From positions 192,001 through 256,000 of the forward strand of contig OY776215.1 in the NCBI GenBank assembly GCA_963675495.1: a stretch of 64,000 nucleotides of DNA. Reading direction: 5' to 3'. A program made the position numbers and the translations under genes. Below are positions 20,605 through 30,971 of this stretch, one piece after another (position 1 is the stretch's first letter; every line of letters starts with the position of its first letter). The notes below the pieces were generated by a model. That model ran no database searches and was not told the origin of the DNA. It saw only the letters and a list, made by a program, of their open reading frames with translations. The stretch is from an uncultured Methanolobus sp. (lineage in GTDB: Archaea > Halobacteriota > Methanosarcinia > Methanosarcinales > Methanosarcinaceae).

Positions 20605-23600
20605 TGAGTTACCTCATCCATATTGATACTAGCTTTCTCTGCATCTGCAAAATCCTTCATGTCCTGACCTGTTGTAAACTTAATGCTTCGAGCATCAATC
20701 CCTACTTGTCCGTCAGAATAGACCTCTCTTAAGGATTCAATGAGTTTCTCAATCTGCTCACCTGAAAGCTCAATCCCAGAGTCCACATTAAGCTCTATCC
20801 AACTTTTACCTATGATGGATAATCTTGCCTCGGGAACACGGGCATTATACTTCTTAAGATGGTCAGTAAAATCAAATGTATCTTTTGTAGCTTTGATACT
20901 GAGAGTGTGTTTCCAGGTAGCTGGCTTCTCTAGACTAAGTCCTGTTTTCTCCGCCTTCCAGTCAATGTCGATCCTGAGCTGCTCAGACTCAACGCCTTCC
21001 TTTTCAGCAATAGCAAGTACAATTCTTACAGACCTGTCTATCTCAAAAGGACTTGTGTATATCCCGCCGGCATTCTTGGGATTGGAACCATCTGTTGTGT
21101 ATCTTATAGTAGCACTGGCAGGAGCTGCCTTCAATTCCACCGTTTTCTTATCCCCATCGCCAAAAACCCTTTTCTTCAAAGTGACCGAATTGCTCCAGCT
21201 ATACTTTTCACCGGCTTCATGGAGACCTTTGGAATCAACACAAAGGAAAGAAACACGCATATCCTTTATCGCTAAATTCTGGTAATCAGTAACCTTAGCA
21301 GAAGCAGTGGTTGCCTCTCCACCTACATCATAGTAGACCGTGTCCCCATTAACAGGTATTACCTTTAAAATAACGTCTCCGGTCTCCTCATCTCTGTTCC
21401 ATTCCATTACCTGAACCGCTGTGGAAGGCGCCGGGAAAGGACCCTTATCAACATATCCTCCGTCAATTCTCCACTGCTCTTTCCTTAACATCTCATCTTT
21501 CAGGTTATCAAGGGCATTAGGATGATGCCATTGCCACTTGGTAAGGATGGCTGCACGCTTTTTGATCTCAGACCACTGCATGTTCTGCTGGGTAAAAAGA
21601 CGTTGTTCGCACTTTTTCCTAAACGTATCTCCATCAACTTCAATAGTGAATTTCTGCTTATCAGTAAGCGTGCTTCGTATCAGGTCCTCTCCACGACACT
21701 TGTTTCCTTCAAAGTTCATGGTCAGATCAGTAACACGCAGATCGTCATTGTGTGGATAATGCAGGCGAGTGAATGTCTCCCGTGCAGAACTTAACAATCG
21801 ATGAATAATATTATCCTTAAGATCCTGAGCAATAATCCTCTGGGTATCGTCAGACCTGATACCACTGCTATCCATATCTGCCAGAATGGATTTGATGGCC
21901 TTGTACTCCTTACCAACAGAAATCAGGTTGTTCATAGTATCTCTTTGACCGGAGATGAAGCACACACGATTCTTATAGTCCAGCGCCTCATAGAATTCAT
22001 TTAGATGCGGGTGTAAAGCTCCACCATGTGGCTCATATAACACCAATTTGACTTTATCCTGACTTATTGTAATATCATCAACAGCAGGAAGTACTTGAAG
22101 CTCCTGATAACAATCTTTCCTCTCAGATACAAAAATAGCTTGCAGGAACTCTTTTACATCCTTTAATGCTGCTTCCCTTCCATATGACTCTGCAAGTGAC
22201 CTCAGACGAGCTACAAGGTTCTCTGTGTTCTTGAAGTACACTTTTCCATTGTTTGCCCGATGCAGATACCAACAAAGCTGGCTCTCAAGGGTTGAAATCA
22301 TATCAGGAAGTGTGGCAAGATCTCGTCCGGGAGCTGCAATATCTGTTATTATCTCAGACGTTGTCAGACCAAGCACGGAATTCTCAACGTTCGCAAGAGA
22401 TGCCATCAAGATCAATTTAGAGATATCCTGGGCATCAGAACCACTACGTTTCAGATCCTCCATCTCTGCAACAGAATCTCCATCTGATGCAATATCATGG
22501 CTTATAGCATTACCAAGAGTAGAATTGATCAGATTAATCTCAGCGCTCATCTCCGGATTATTAAGGTCGATCATGTGAGGATGGATCAGAATCGCATTCT
22601 TAGCACCTTCCGATTCATAAAGATGTGATACCAGAACACGCATGAAACGAATAAGTCCTCTTGTCTGCTGGAACCCTGGATTCTCCCTAAACCGTGCATA
22701 AAGGTCCTTAATTGCAGGATGGAACGGGTAAGAATCCCTCACCTGCTGAACAATCTTATCAGGTGAAACATGGGTCAGATCCATTTGTCCCGCTTCTTTT
22801 ATAATGTCCCCATATGCCTGTGCAATCGATAAGATAGTATCGTCATCTGGAAAGTCAGAGAAAATACGCTTCTTAAGAATCTGATATACCTCGTCAGTAT
22901 TAAGTCCGACAGGCTCAATGTTCACAGAACCCCTTCCAACTTCGTTTTCGAAATCATGAAGTGCCTGACTTATCTGCTGGCTTCCACTTTCATATGTGGC
23001 TTTAAGGTCTGAAAGAACAATGGATACCTGTGATAATTCATCTGTTCCAAGTGCAACCAACAGATTTGAAAGCGCCGTCTTTGTAACGACAGAAAGATCA
23101 GTATTTCCGATTGATTTAGATTTAGCATTTTCAAAATAAGGAGGGAGTTCATCAAGAAGAATCAATAGTTTTTGACCTTTCAACAGATTGACCCATGCAC
23201 TTTTTCCAGGTGCCTGCAACGGCGAATAATAGTCTTTGAAAAAATCCTTTTTTCCTATTTGCTCGGCAATGGACCCCCATATACCATAAGGTGCGTCACT
23301 CTCACGCCCATTGAATACAACAACATTGATAGGACCAAGAACATTCTTTGCAAAACTCTCGCCCATTACTTTCTCTCTAATCTCAGGATACTTTGCAAGA
23401 AGGGCAAGTCCAATCATACAGTGGGTCTTACCGCCACCCATTGCCTGGGTTAACTTAAAAATAGAAGAATCAGATTCATTTGCAAATCTCCTAAAAACCT
23501 GCTTAAAAAGAGACTTCATTCCTTCAGTTAGATAATTTTCTTCAAAGAAATCATAAGGATCGATCTTGCTCTCCACTACATCAGAGATATCAAGGACCAC

Positions 23601-23663
23601 ATCCCTTCGATTTCTGTCAAAAATTGAATCGCGCACTTTACATAAGCTTTCAATTGATTGCAC
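20601..23663 (-). CDS. DUF499 ATPase with C-terminal Fn3-like domains (restriction-like system)
   Basis: QAMGGGKTH, LILLDELPPY, YPFHP, FQQTRG, IRYTTDGSNP. Confidence 0.9.
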   Translation of the reverse strand: MQSIESLCKVRDSIFDRNRRDVVLDISDVVESKIDPYDFFEENYLTEGMKSLFKQVFRRFANESDSSIFKLTQAMGGGKTHCMIGLALLAKYPEIREKVMGESFAKNVLGPINVVVFNGRESDAPYGIWGSIAEQIGKKDFFKDYYSPLQAPGKSAWVNLLKGQKLLILLDELPPYFENAKSKSIGNTDLSVVTKTALSNLLVALGTDELSQVSIVLSDLKATYESGSQQISQALHDFENEVGRGSVNIEPVGLNTDEVYQILKKRIFSDFPDDDTILSIAQAYGDIIKEAGQMDLTHVSPDKIVQQVRDSYPFHPAIKDLYARFRENPGFQQTRGLIRFMRVLVSHLYESEGAKNAILIHPHMIDLNNPEMSAEINLINSTLGNAISHDIASDGDSVAEMEDLKRSGSDAQDISKLILMASLANVENSVLGLTTSEIITDIAAPGRDLATLPDMISTLESQLCWYLHRANNGKVYFKNTENLVARLRSLAESYGREAALKDVKEFLQAIFVSERKDCYQELQVLPAVDDITISQDKVKLVLYEPHGGALHPHLNEFYEALDYKNRVCFISGQRDTMNNLISVGKEYKAIKSILADMDSSGIRSDDTQRIIAQDLKDNIIHRLLSSARETFTRLHYPHNDDLRVTDLTMNFEGNKCRGEDLIRSTLTDKQKFTIEVDGDTFRKKCEQRLFTQQNMQWSEIKKRAAILTKWQWHHPNALDNLKDEMLRKEQWRIDGGYVDKGPFPAPSTAVQVMEWNRDEETGDVILKVIPVNGDTVYYDVGGEATTASAKVTDYQNLAIKDMRVSFLCVDSKGLHEAGEKYSWSNSVTLKKRVFGDGDKKTVELKAAPASATIRYTTDGSNPKNAGGIYTSPFEIDRSVRIVLAIAEKEGVESEQLRIDIDWKAEKTGLSLEKPATWKHTLSIKATKDTFDFTDHLKKYNARVPEARLSIIGKSWIELNVDSGIELSGEQIEKLIESLREVYSDGQVGIDARSIKFTTGQDMKDFADAEKASINMDEVTQ

Positions 23664-23820
23664 TTATACCCTCCATGGGAATTTGAAATATAATATTTTC
23701 AAAATAATTTTATACATTAAATGTGGTTAGATTTATATGAGGATTTCGATTTATTCTTAAAAAACTATACACCAGATTGTTGTTTTTATCATGTTTTTAT
23801 CTTCATAAATCCAAAAAGCA

Positions 23821-26800
23821 TTATTCATAGTTCCACCCACATATCCCCGTATAATCGCAGAACCGGCAATTCGGCTTCCCCGTCACCTCAAAGTCTTCCT
23901 TCAATATCCTGTCCACAATCCCCTTGATTCTCTCAACCACAACTCCAACACTCTCCTCACTCACATCCACCATCCTCAGTTCAGCAATCTCAGGATGGAC
24001 ATACATATGACCAGCCTGTACCGGTAACTTGTCATACTTCTCTTTCACAGCTAGGCAATACAAAGCCATCTGAACATCATCTTTCAATTTGTTCTTACTC
24101 AGGTTACTTTTGCCAGTCTTGTAATCGATGACGATATAATCTCCATTAGGAGTCCTGTCAAGACGGTCTATAAAACCTCCAAAGTGAGCTCCATCAAGGT
24201 CGAGTTCGAACCATTCTTCAACTTCGACTGTCTCATTGGGATTATCCTTCTCAAAATCAAACCAGAACTCAAGCATCTTCTGCATCTTATTGTATTCCTG
24301 TTTCTCCTGGGTTTCGGAATCAAAGTTGGGAGATTCCCATGAAGTGTTCAGCATGTCCTTTGCCATGCTCAAGTCAAATGATCCACCCTGCATCTCAAGC
24401 TTTGCCATCTCCTCGAGGACAGCGTGAACATCTGTACCAACCTGGAAGAATGTCTTCTGGGGAGTTGGGATATGTAGTATCGACTGGAACTTGAACTTGA
24501 GCGGACAGTCCTCGTATGTCTTTATCTTTGAAGCTGAGAAACGCATTTCAGGATTCACAAGTGCAGGTACTTTGTTATCCACCAGGTCCTGCAGTTCAAT
24601 AAGATCCCTGGTATCGAGATTCAAAAGCTCATTCAAGTCAAGATTATCAGGATTTCCACTCTTCTCAAGCTCCTTCAACTGAGCAAGCAGTACCAAGGAT
24701 TCAAGTGCATGCTTTAGTTGTCCCTGCTTTGTGTACATATTAATGAGACTTTCCTGTTCTGTCATTTTTCTCATTAATGGAGAATCCGCATTCGTGTCCA
24801 GTTGTTGTTCCACCTGCTCGACTTCAATTAACTCTACCAGCGGATTACTGGAAAACCCGATGTCTTCCAGGAACTGACTGGGTTTCACACCCCTCACATT
24901 GCCAGCATACCTCTCTGGAAAAACAAGATACAGATGCTCCTTTGCACGGGTCATGGCGACATATGCAAGTCTTCTCTCCTCTTCAAGATGCAATACTTTT
25001 TCATCCACATCCCGCTGCACACCTTTTATAAGCTCAAAAGGCACCGTGAACTTCTTACTCTTGTATTGCAGGGGCAGATGCCTGGTGGCCATATCACAGA
25101 CGAATACCACCTTTGCCTCTTTACCCTTGGATTGGTGAATGGTCATGACCTTTACAGTATTATCATCAGTTGACTCACCACCCTCTATCTCAAGGTCAAA
25201 GACAAGTTCCAGATGCTCCATGACCAGTTCAAACTCAGCACCACCGTCTATCAATTCAAGATCTTCCACTATCTTGACCAGGGAATTCAAAACCTCGATG
25301 TTCCTGCGGGAATTCTTGCTGTTCTCATGTACCTGTGAACGGTAAAGGTCTGTTATGTTCATCAGCAGGTGCTTCAGGGTATCCGAAGGAAGATGATTCT
25401 TCTTGTATTCGATCATCTCCTGCAATCTCGCAAGTATGGACCTGACAAGGTCTGCCTGTTCAAGGTCAAGTTCATCCAGATGATGCAGCAGTACAGAATA
25501 GATTCCATCACCCTGCATATCATCCGCTTTTCTGAGTTTGCCTGCCATTATATTGATCATCTGCAAGGTATGCTCTGTCACTCCTTCCCTGGACAGTATC
25601 TTTGCAAAAGCAATACCATTGTTAAAAGGGTCTGCAACAAAACGCATGTAAGCCAGAGCTTCCTGTATCAACGGAAAATCGCTGATCTGCAGGCTGCCAA
25701 CATATTCTACCGGGACCATATGACGTTTCAGAGCTTCACTGAACTTTTTTCCATCAGCTCTTTTACGGGTAAGTATGTAGATGTCCTTTGCTTCGACGGA
25801 TTGCTCATCCATTAGCCTGCATATCTCATCTGCAACCCATTCTGCCTCACTCACATCGTTTGGTGCCTTTACAAGCTTAACAGGACTCTCTCCACCATTG
25901 TTCGATACAAGTTGCTTTTCCTGTCTGTCAGGATTCTGCCTGATCAATTCCTGTGAGAGATCAACTATCGGCTCTGTTGACCTATAGTTCACTCCAAGAG
26001 CTATTTTCTCAAGGGATGGATAGAACTCAGCCAATTGATTTATATTTGAAAGATAAGCACCCCTGAATCTGTAGATACACTGGTCGTCATCAGCCACGCA
26101 CGTCAGGTTGCCAGCACCTGCCAGGAGATGTACTAGGTGCAACTGGGCATAGTTTGTGTCCTGGAACTCATCGACCAGAATGTAATCATAAAGCTGTTGT
26201 ATCCTTTTTCTGGCAATCTCATTACTTTCTAATAACCTGCATGCCAGGGTGATCATGTCATCATAATCAATGAAATTGTTATTCCATTTGTATTCCTGAT
26301 AGTGATGGTAGAATTTTGCAAGGTCTGCAAGTTTTTGTAACCTATCTATCTGATCTGCATCCATTTCTCCTTCAGATGACAATTGGCCTTGTACATATTC
26401 GCCTAGCTCTTCAGGAGATATCAGCTGGTCATGGAATTGTGAAGTACCTTCCAGCAGACTTTTGATGAGGTCTGAAGGCATTGTTGGAATCGGGATATAT
26501 TCAAATTTGAATGAATCAATATTCTTTATTCCCCACACATGTGAATGTTCCTTAGATATCAGACGAATACCGTGGTTGATACCCATATCCAGAGAGAAAT
26601 CCCTGATGAGATCATTGCAAAATGAATGAAAAGTAGAAATTGTAATTCCGGTTCCAGTACCTATTTTTTTCTCAATTCTGTTTTGCATCTCATCTGCAGC
26701 TTTTTCAGAGAACGTGAGAGCAAGTATCTTTTCAGGAGCAAAACCACTTTCTATTAACTGCAGTACTTTTTCGGTTATCGTTAGGGTCTTTCCAGAACCG

Positions 26801-26910
26801 GGTCCTGCAAGGATCAGAAGAGGTCCAGAAGTGTAAGATACTGCATTTAATTGATCATCGTTAAGTTCTGTACTTTTCAATATTACCTCTCCTTGCCACA
26901 TCGTTTGCAT
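23821..26910 (-). CDS. UvrD/PcrA helicase fused to a PD-(D/E)XK nuclease with Fe-S cysteines (AdnAB/AddAB-like)
   Basis: AGPGSGKT, VDEFQDTN, TIHQSKG, EERRLAYVAMTRA; CPLKF...GFIDRLD...IDYKTG...QMALY...CRFCDYTGIC. Confidence 0.9.
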   Translation of the reverse strand: MQTMWQGEVILKSTELNDDQLNAVSYTSGPLLILAGPGSGKTLTITEKVLQLIESGFAPEKILALTFSEKAADEMQNRIEKKIGTGTGITISTFHSFCNDLIRDFSLDMGINHGIRLISKEHSHVWGIKNIDSFKFEYIPIPTMPSDLIKSLLEGTSQFHDQLISPEELGEYVQGQLSSEGEMDADQIDRLQKLADLAKFYHHYQEYKWNNNFIDYDDMITLACRLLESNEIARKRIQQLYDYILVDEFQDTNYAQLHLVHLLAGAGNLTCVADDDQCIYRFRGAYLSNINQLAEFYPSLEKIALGVNYRSTEPIVDLSQELIRQNPDRQEKQLVSNNGGESPVKLVKAPNDVSEAEWVADEICRLMDEQSVEAKDIYILTRKRADGKKFSEALKRHMVPVEYVGSLQISDFPLIQEALAYMRFVADPFNNGIAFAKILSREGVTEHTLQMINIMAGKLRKADDMQGDGIYSVLLHHLDELDLEQADLVRSILARLQEMIEYKKNHLPSDTLKHLLMNITDLYRSQVHENSKNSRRNIEVLNSLVKIVEDLELIDGGAEFELVMEHLELVFDLEIEGGESTDDNTVKVMTIHQSKGKEAKVVFVCDMATRHLPLQYKSKKFTVPFELIKGVQRDVDEKVLHLEEERRLAYVAMTRAKEHLYLVFPERYAGNVRGVKPSQFLEDIGFSSNPLVELIEVEQVEQQLDTNADSPLMRKMTEQESLINMYTKQGQLKHALESLVLLAQLKELEKSGNPDNLDLNELLNLDTRDLIELQDLVDNKVPALVNPEMRFSASKIKTYEDCPLKFKFQSILHIPTPQKTFFQVGTDVHAVLEEMAKLEMQGGSFDLSMAKDMLNTSWESPNFDSETQEKQEYNKMQKMLEFWFDFEKDNPNETVEVEEWFELDLDGAHFGGFIDRLDRTPNGDYIVIDYKTGKSNLSKNKLKDDVQMALYCLAVKEKYDKLPVQAGHMYVHPEIAELRMVDVSEESVGVVVERIKGIVDRILKEDFEVTGKPNCRFCDYTGICGWNYE

Positions 26911-27022
26911 TGCGTCTTTTTATTCCGTATAACAATAGACCTATTATAAAATATATTAATGTATTGAATTTATTTTACATGGGAGTAGAGTCATCATTTT
27001 AATCAGGAAATTCTTCTTGGTT

Positions 27023-27175
27023 CTTGAAGACCAGATGTGTGACTGGGTTCCGGGAGAAGGGAGTAGCTTGGATAGAGTAGATGCACTTGTATGGGCATTG
27101 TCGGAGCTTAGCAAATCAAGGTACGGACCGCAGAAACTGAACATGTCAGCAGCTATCAAAACAAGAGTGAGGTAG
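27023..27175 (+). pseudogene. C-terminal fragment of a viral terminase large subunit
   Basis: LEDQMCDWVPGEGSSLDRVDALVWALSEL matches the terminase RNase-H-like C-terminal motif (LEDQM...SPDRxDAxVWA); the N-terminal ATPase is absent. Confidence 0.7.
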
Positions 27176-27178
27176 TCT

Positions 27179-27385
27179 ATGAGGCCAAAACTCTATGCAA
27201 TCGTGAGCAAGAATACGACCACAGTGCTTTGCAGAGTGATGAAGGAGCAGGATTGCAACAAGAGCCAAGCAGTGGACTTTATTGCGGAATATTATTCAAA
27301 AATGCAGAACGATTTGAGGGAGAAGCAAGTGGAAGGGACTGCAGAGTTTGCGATTGAGAAGTTGAAGTTGAATCAGTTGGTGTAG
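27179..27385 (+). CDS. Small hypothetical protein, possibly ribbon-helix-helix DNA-binding (viral remnant)
   Basis: GAGG RBS; starts 3 bp after the terminase fragment; strand-helix-helix pattern ending ...NKSQAVDFIAEYY. Confidence 0.5.
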   Translation: MRPKLYAIVSKNTTTVLCRVMKEQDCNKSQAVDFIAEYYSKMQNDLREKQVEGTAEFAIEKLKLNQLV

Positions 27386-27418
27386 AGTCTAGAGGTTGGA
27401 ATGAAATGCCACGTTTTT

Positions 27419-27547
27419 GGCTCTGTAGAAATTCTCAATATTCTTATGATAGTAAAAATAAATATTTTTAAATGTACTGCATGATATTGATGAATTTCGT
27501 TTATTTAATCAAAATGATGTTGATTAAGATAAATTTTCTACAGAGAC
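27419..27547. mobile_element. ~129-bp MITE-like element with terminal inverted repeats
   Basis: GGCTCTGTAGAAA...TTTCTACAGAGAC. The same terminus recurs at 9491 (GGCTCTGCAGAAA) and 52310 (GGCTCTGTAGAAA). Confidence 0.6.
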
Positions 27548-27555
27548 TTATCTTG

Positions 27556-29474
27556 TTATTTTTTTAACATTCCTGTAAGCAATTTTTCAAATTTACCAGG
27601 AGACAATGGCATACTTATCGGGGTTTGCATTTCGATTTCAACATCATTGCCTTTTATTTTACTGACAGATGGGGAAATTAGTACAAATATCAAGAACAAT
27701 TCATACAGAATAATAACAGTGTTGTTGACTTCAGAACTAATAAGGGGTTTATGCAAAATACTTACAACTGGAATTGTAACTAAAATCAACAATATTCCAA
27801 AAATAAACTTTCTGAGTTTAGAATTTATTGGCGAGTCACACCACCAGTTCCACCAATTAGTATTAGCATGATAATCCCATATATTAGATAACAATTCATT
27901 GGCAGATTTGCAGATATTTGCTAAATCATCGTCATAATTTTTGATTTTATTCTTCCTGATTAGATTGCTAAATATATGCATTTGTCTTTTAATTCTCGGA
28001 TAATTCTCGATAAAATTATTTATTTGTCTTTTGATCCTCGGATAATTCTCTATCAATTTATTTACAGCATTTTTTTTTCTACATTTTTTTAGTTTATCAA
28101 CTTCAATAAGATAATCATTTGCCGTCTCTTTGTATTTCTTCAGATTGTCGACAGCAGTAAGATAATCGGTTATTTTATAATAAAAAAATCCAAGAAAATA
28201 GTAAACATTAGGCTTCCTTTTGTCATCAATAGTATACAACATTTTCTCCAAATTTCTTATAATTGAAATAATTCGATCTTGATACTCCTCCCGGTTTGAA
28301 GAATATTTAAGTTCTGCATTCAAGTATCTAGCATAAGCATCCCATAAAAGTGGTGTATTGGCATCTACATTAAAAAACATTGATTTTTAAAAAAAAGAAC
28401 TTGCGTCGTGATATGTTTTATTTTCTATGGCAATTACACCTTTAAGGAACCACAACTGCGATTTTTCTTCCGGTTCTATTGAATCAATTGTTAGTGCATT
28501 CGACAGTTGCTTCGAAGCTTCATTAATTAAACCTTTTTTCAAATAAATCTCTATTATTGCAATGTCTGAATTGATTTTTGTTTTTCCTTTATTGATACTG
28601 CTTGTTTTCTTAAAAGCTTCCAACGCTTTGTTATATTTTTTAAACCTATATAGGAGATACCCTTTATTGTACCATGCCTCTGCATAATCCTGCTTAATTT
28701 TTATGGCCTCTTCAATAGCTTCCAGGGCGCTTTTATTTTCATTGAGCTTGTATAAGGTATATCCTTTATTATTCCATGCCCGTGAAGAATAGATTTTTAA
28801 ACGGTTATTCTTTTCAAAAGATATTACATTTTTAAAAGCTACCAGAGCTTCTTCGTATTTTTCACATCTATATTGAGCAATGCCCTTTCCTATCCATGCC
28901 TCTGCATAATCCTGCTTATTTTTTATGGCTTCTTCAATAGCTTCCAGTGCTTCTCTATAATTACCATATTTAGATTGAGCAATGCCTTTTCCTAACCATG
29001 CCTCTGCATAATCATGCTTATTATTTATGGCTTCTTCAAAAGCTTCTAGAGCTTCTTTATAATTACCAAGTTTAGATTGAGCAAATCCTTTGCAATAGCA
29101 TGCCTTCCCACTTTTAGAACTAAATGCATTTCCAAAAACGTTAACTACTGTTTTATACTTGTCATGTTCTCCTAGGATAATACATTCGTTATTCAATTCC
29201 TTTGAAAAACCCTTTTCAAACGCTATGGCCTCTTCGAAAGCTTCCAGTGCTTCTTTATCATTTTTAAGCTCACTTAGAACAATACCTTTGTTATACAACG
29301 CTTCTATAAAATCCGGCTTATTTTCTATGGCCTTTTCAAAAGCTTCCAAAGCCATGTATTTATTGCCTTGCTCATATCGGGCAAATCCTCTGCCATTCCA
29401 TTTTCTTGCATCTTGATTGCAATATAACGGACAAAGACCCGTATTGAGCAACTTATCATTATTAGAATTGTCCA
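27556..29474 (-). pseudogene. TPR-repeat membrane protein split by one in-frame stop
   Basis: ORFs 28387-29568 and 27556-28380 share a frame, separated only by TAA AAA TCA. Many TPRs (AEAWxxKG...ALEAFEEAI) and two C-terminal TM helices. Probable start MDNSNND at 29474. Confidence 0.75.
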
Positions 29475-30362
29475 TATCGACCCAGATCATTTGTAAATAG
29501 AATATAATATGCTCTCTAACAATTAAACTCTTTTTACTAACAAAGTATAATTTATGTTGGTTTTGCAAATTCTGTCAGGATGACTTTATACTCGAAAAGA
29601 GAATATGTATGTAAATGACAAAATCTATCCCATTGTCATTAAATTGCATGAGCGATTCTGTTCTACATGTGCTCTTTTAAAGTCAAAAGCAATTACATAC
29701 AAAGTGTGAAAAGAATAGGCATCTTGACAACATTTGGAGGATACCAGAACTTCGATACTGATAATCGGTTCAAGTACTACCAACAGCTTTCAACCTGCAC
29801 ACCTCATGTTTCCACATCTCTGAACAAACTGGCATTTCCCTGATAAAGGACCTGCAGTTCCATGGAACCGGTTCCAAGATTATTAAATATTTTGAGCAAT
29901 GGTCTGCCAAGGTCAATTTCCTTGAGCAGGTGCAGACACTTGCCAAGCATCCATGCAGAACCATACATGGCATTAATCATCGGAAATGTTCCAGAAAGTA
30001 CTGACGTCAATAGAATATCCATTCATCTGAAAACCTCTAATTATTGATAAAAACAAAAGATAGAATCGATGAATCTATAAACCCATACATTAAGCATCCA
30101 CAAACAGTTAAATTTATGTTACATCTATTATTTTTGAATGCCCATATTTTTAAATATGTCCAATACATACATTTAAACGTTACACATTGTCAAATAAAAA
30201 GAATTTGTGTGCAGAATAAAAGGTATCTGTAACTGGGGTAATGGATACTTGAATTAAACAAATGTAGGATATCAATTTTTAGAACAAAGGAGCGAGCAGT
30301 GGGGCGATGACAACTCCTTTTGATTAGTGTTAACTGTATTTTTACGAATTTTGGGTGGTTAA

Positions 30363-30683
30363 ATGATTTTATGTGAATGTGGGGAGTTTGTAAAAAAATC
30401 AGTATTTAAAGAATATATACCTTCTACAGTAAATCCTTCTACAAGAACAATAGGCCATGAAAAATGTGGCATGATTTTCAATTTTTTTGATGATAGAGTC
30501 TCTAAAAAATACTCATCCAGAAAGGAATTGAAGATTCTGGCCGGACGTTTTGCAGAACAAAATAATATGGATGAGGAAATGACTGGAAGATTTTTATTGG
30601 AAGTTGATAGATTAAAATCTTGCGGGAATATGTTTGACCACAGAATAATTCTTGAGGCGTGCAAAAAGTTGTCGCAAGATTGA
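30363..30683 (+). CDS. Conserved hypothetical protein with Cys/His motifs (Methanosarcinales-type)
   Basis: MILCECGE...TIGHEKCG; GGTGG RBS. Confidence 0.7.
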   Translation: MILCECGEFVKKSVFKEYIPSTVNPSTRTIGHEKCGMIFNFFDDRVSKKYSSRKELKILAGRFAEQNNMDEEMTGRFLLEVDRLKSCGNMFDHRIILEACKKLSQD

Positions 30684-30691
30684 ATTCAGAA

Positions 30692-30883
30692 GGTGTCATC
30701 ACTAACATCTGTGTTGAAGGGACCGTAAAGGAAGCTTTCGATTAAGGTTATCATAATATTGTACTGAGTGATTGCGTTGCTTCGATTAGTGAAGAGGCAC
30801 AGAATTTTGCCATGAATTTTATATTTCTGAAATTTGGCAGTGTTTGTATTTCAGAAGAGCTTAGATTGTTTGAATCTATTTAA
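30692..30883 (+). pseudogene. Isochorismatase/cysteine hydrolase C-terminal fragment
   Basis: GVITNICVEGTVKEAFD*GYHNIVLSDCVAS...FG; internal TAA and no N-terminus. Confidence 0.75.
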
Positions 30884-30971
30884 ATTTTTAAACCTGTTAT
30901 TTTTTGTCCTTTTTAAATTAAATCTTGAATAAAATAAGTGTGCAGTTTATGATTTATTCCTATGAGGTTGT

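Noticed and set aside
13627-23663. Calling the operon DISARM or BREX
   Set aside because: No DrmA/DrmB or PglZ. Gene content matches the DUF499/DUF3780/DUF1156/PLD-helicase restriction-like system.
29770-30232. Several short overlapping ORFs
   Set aside because: No recognisable motif or RBS; possibly pseudogene debris that I cannot assign.
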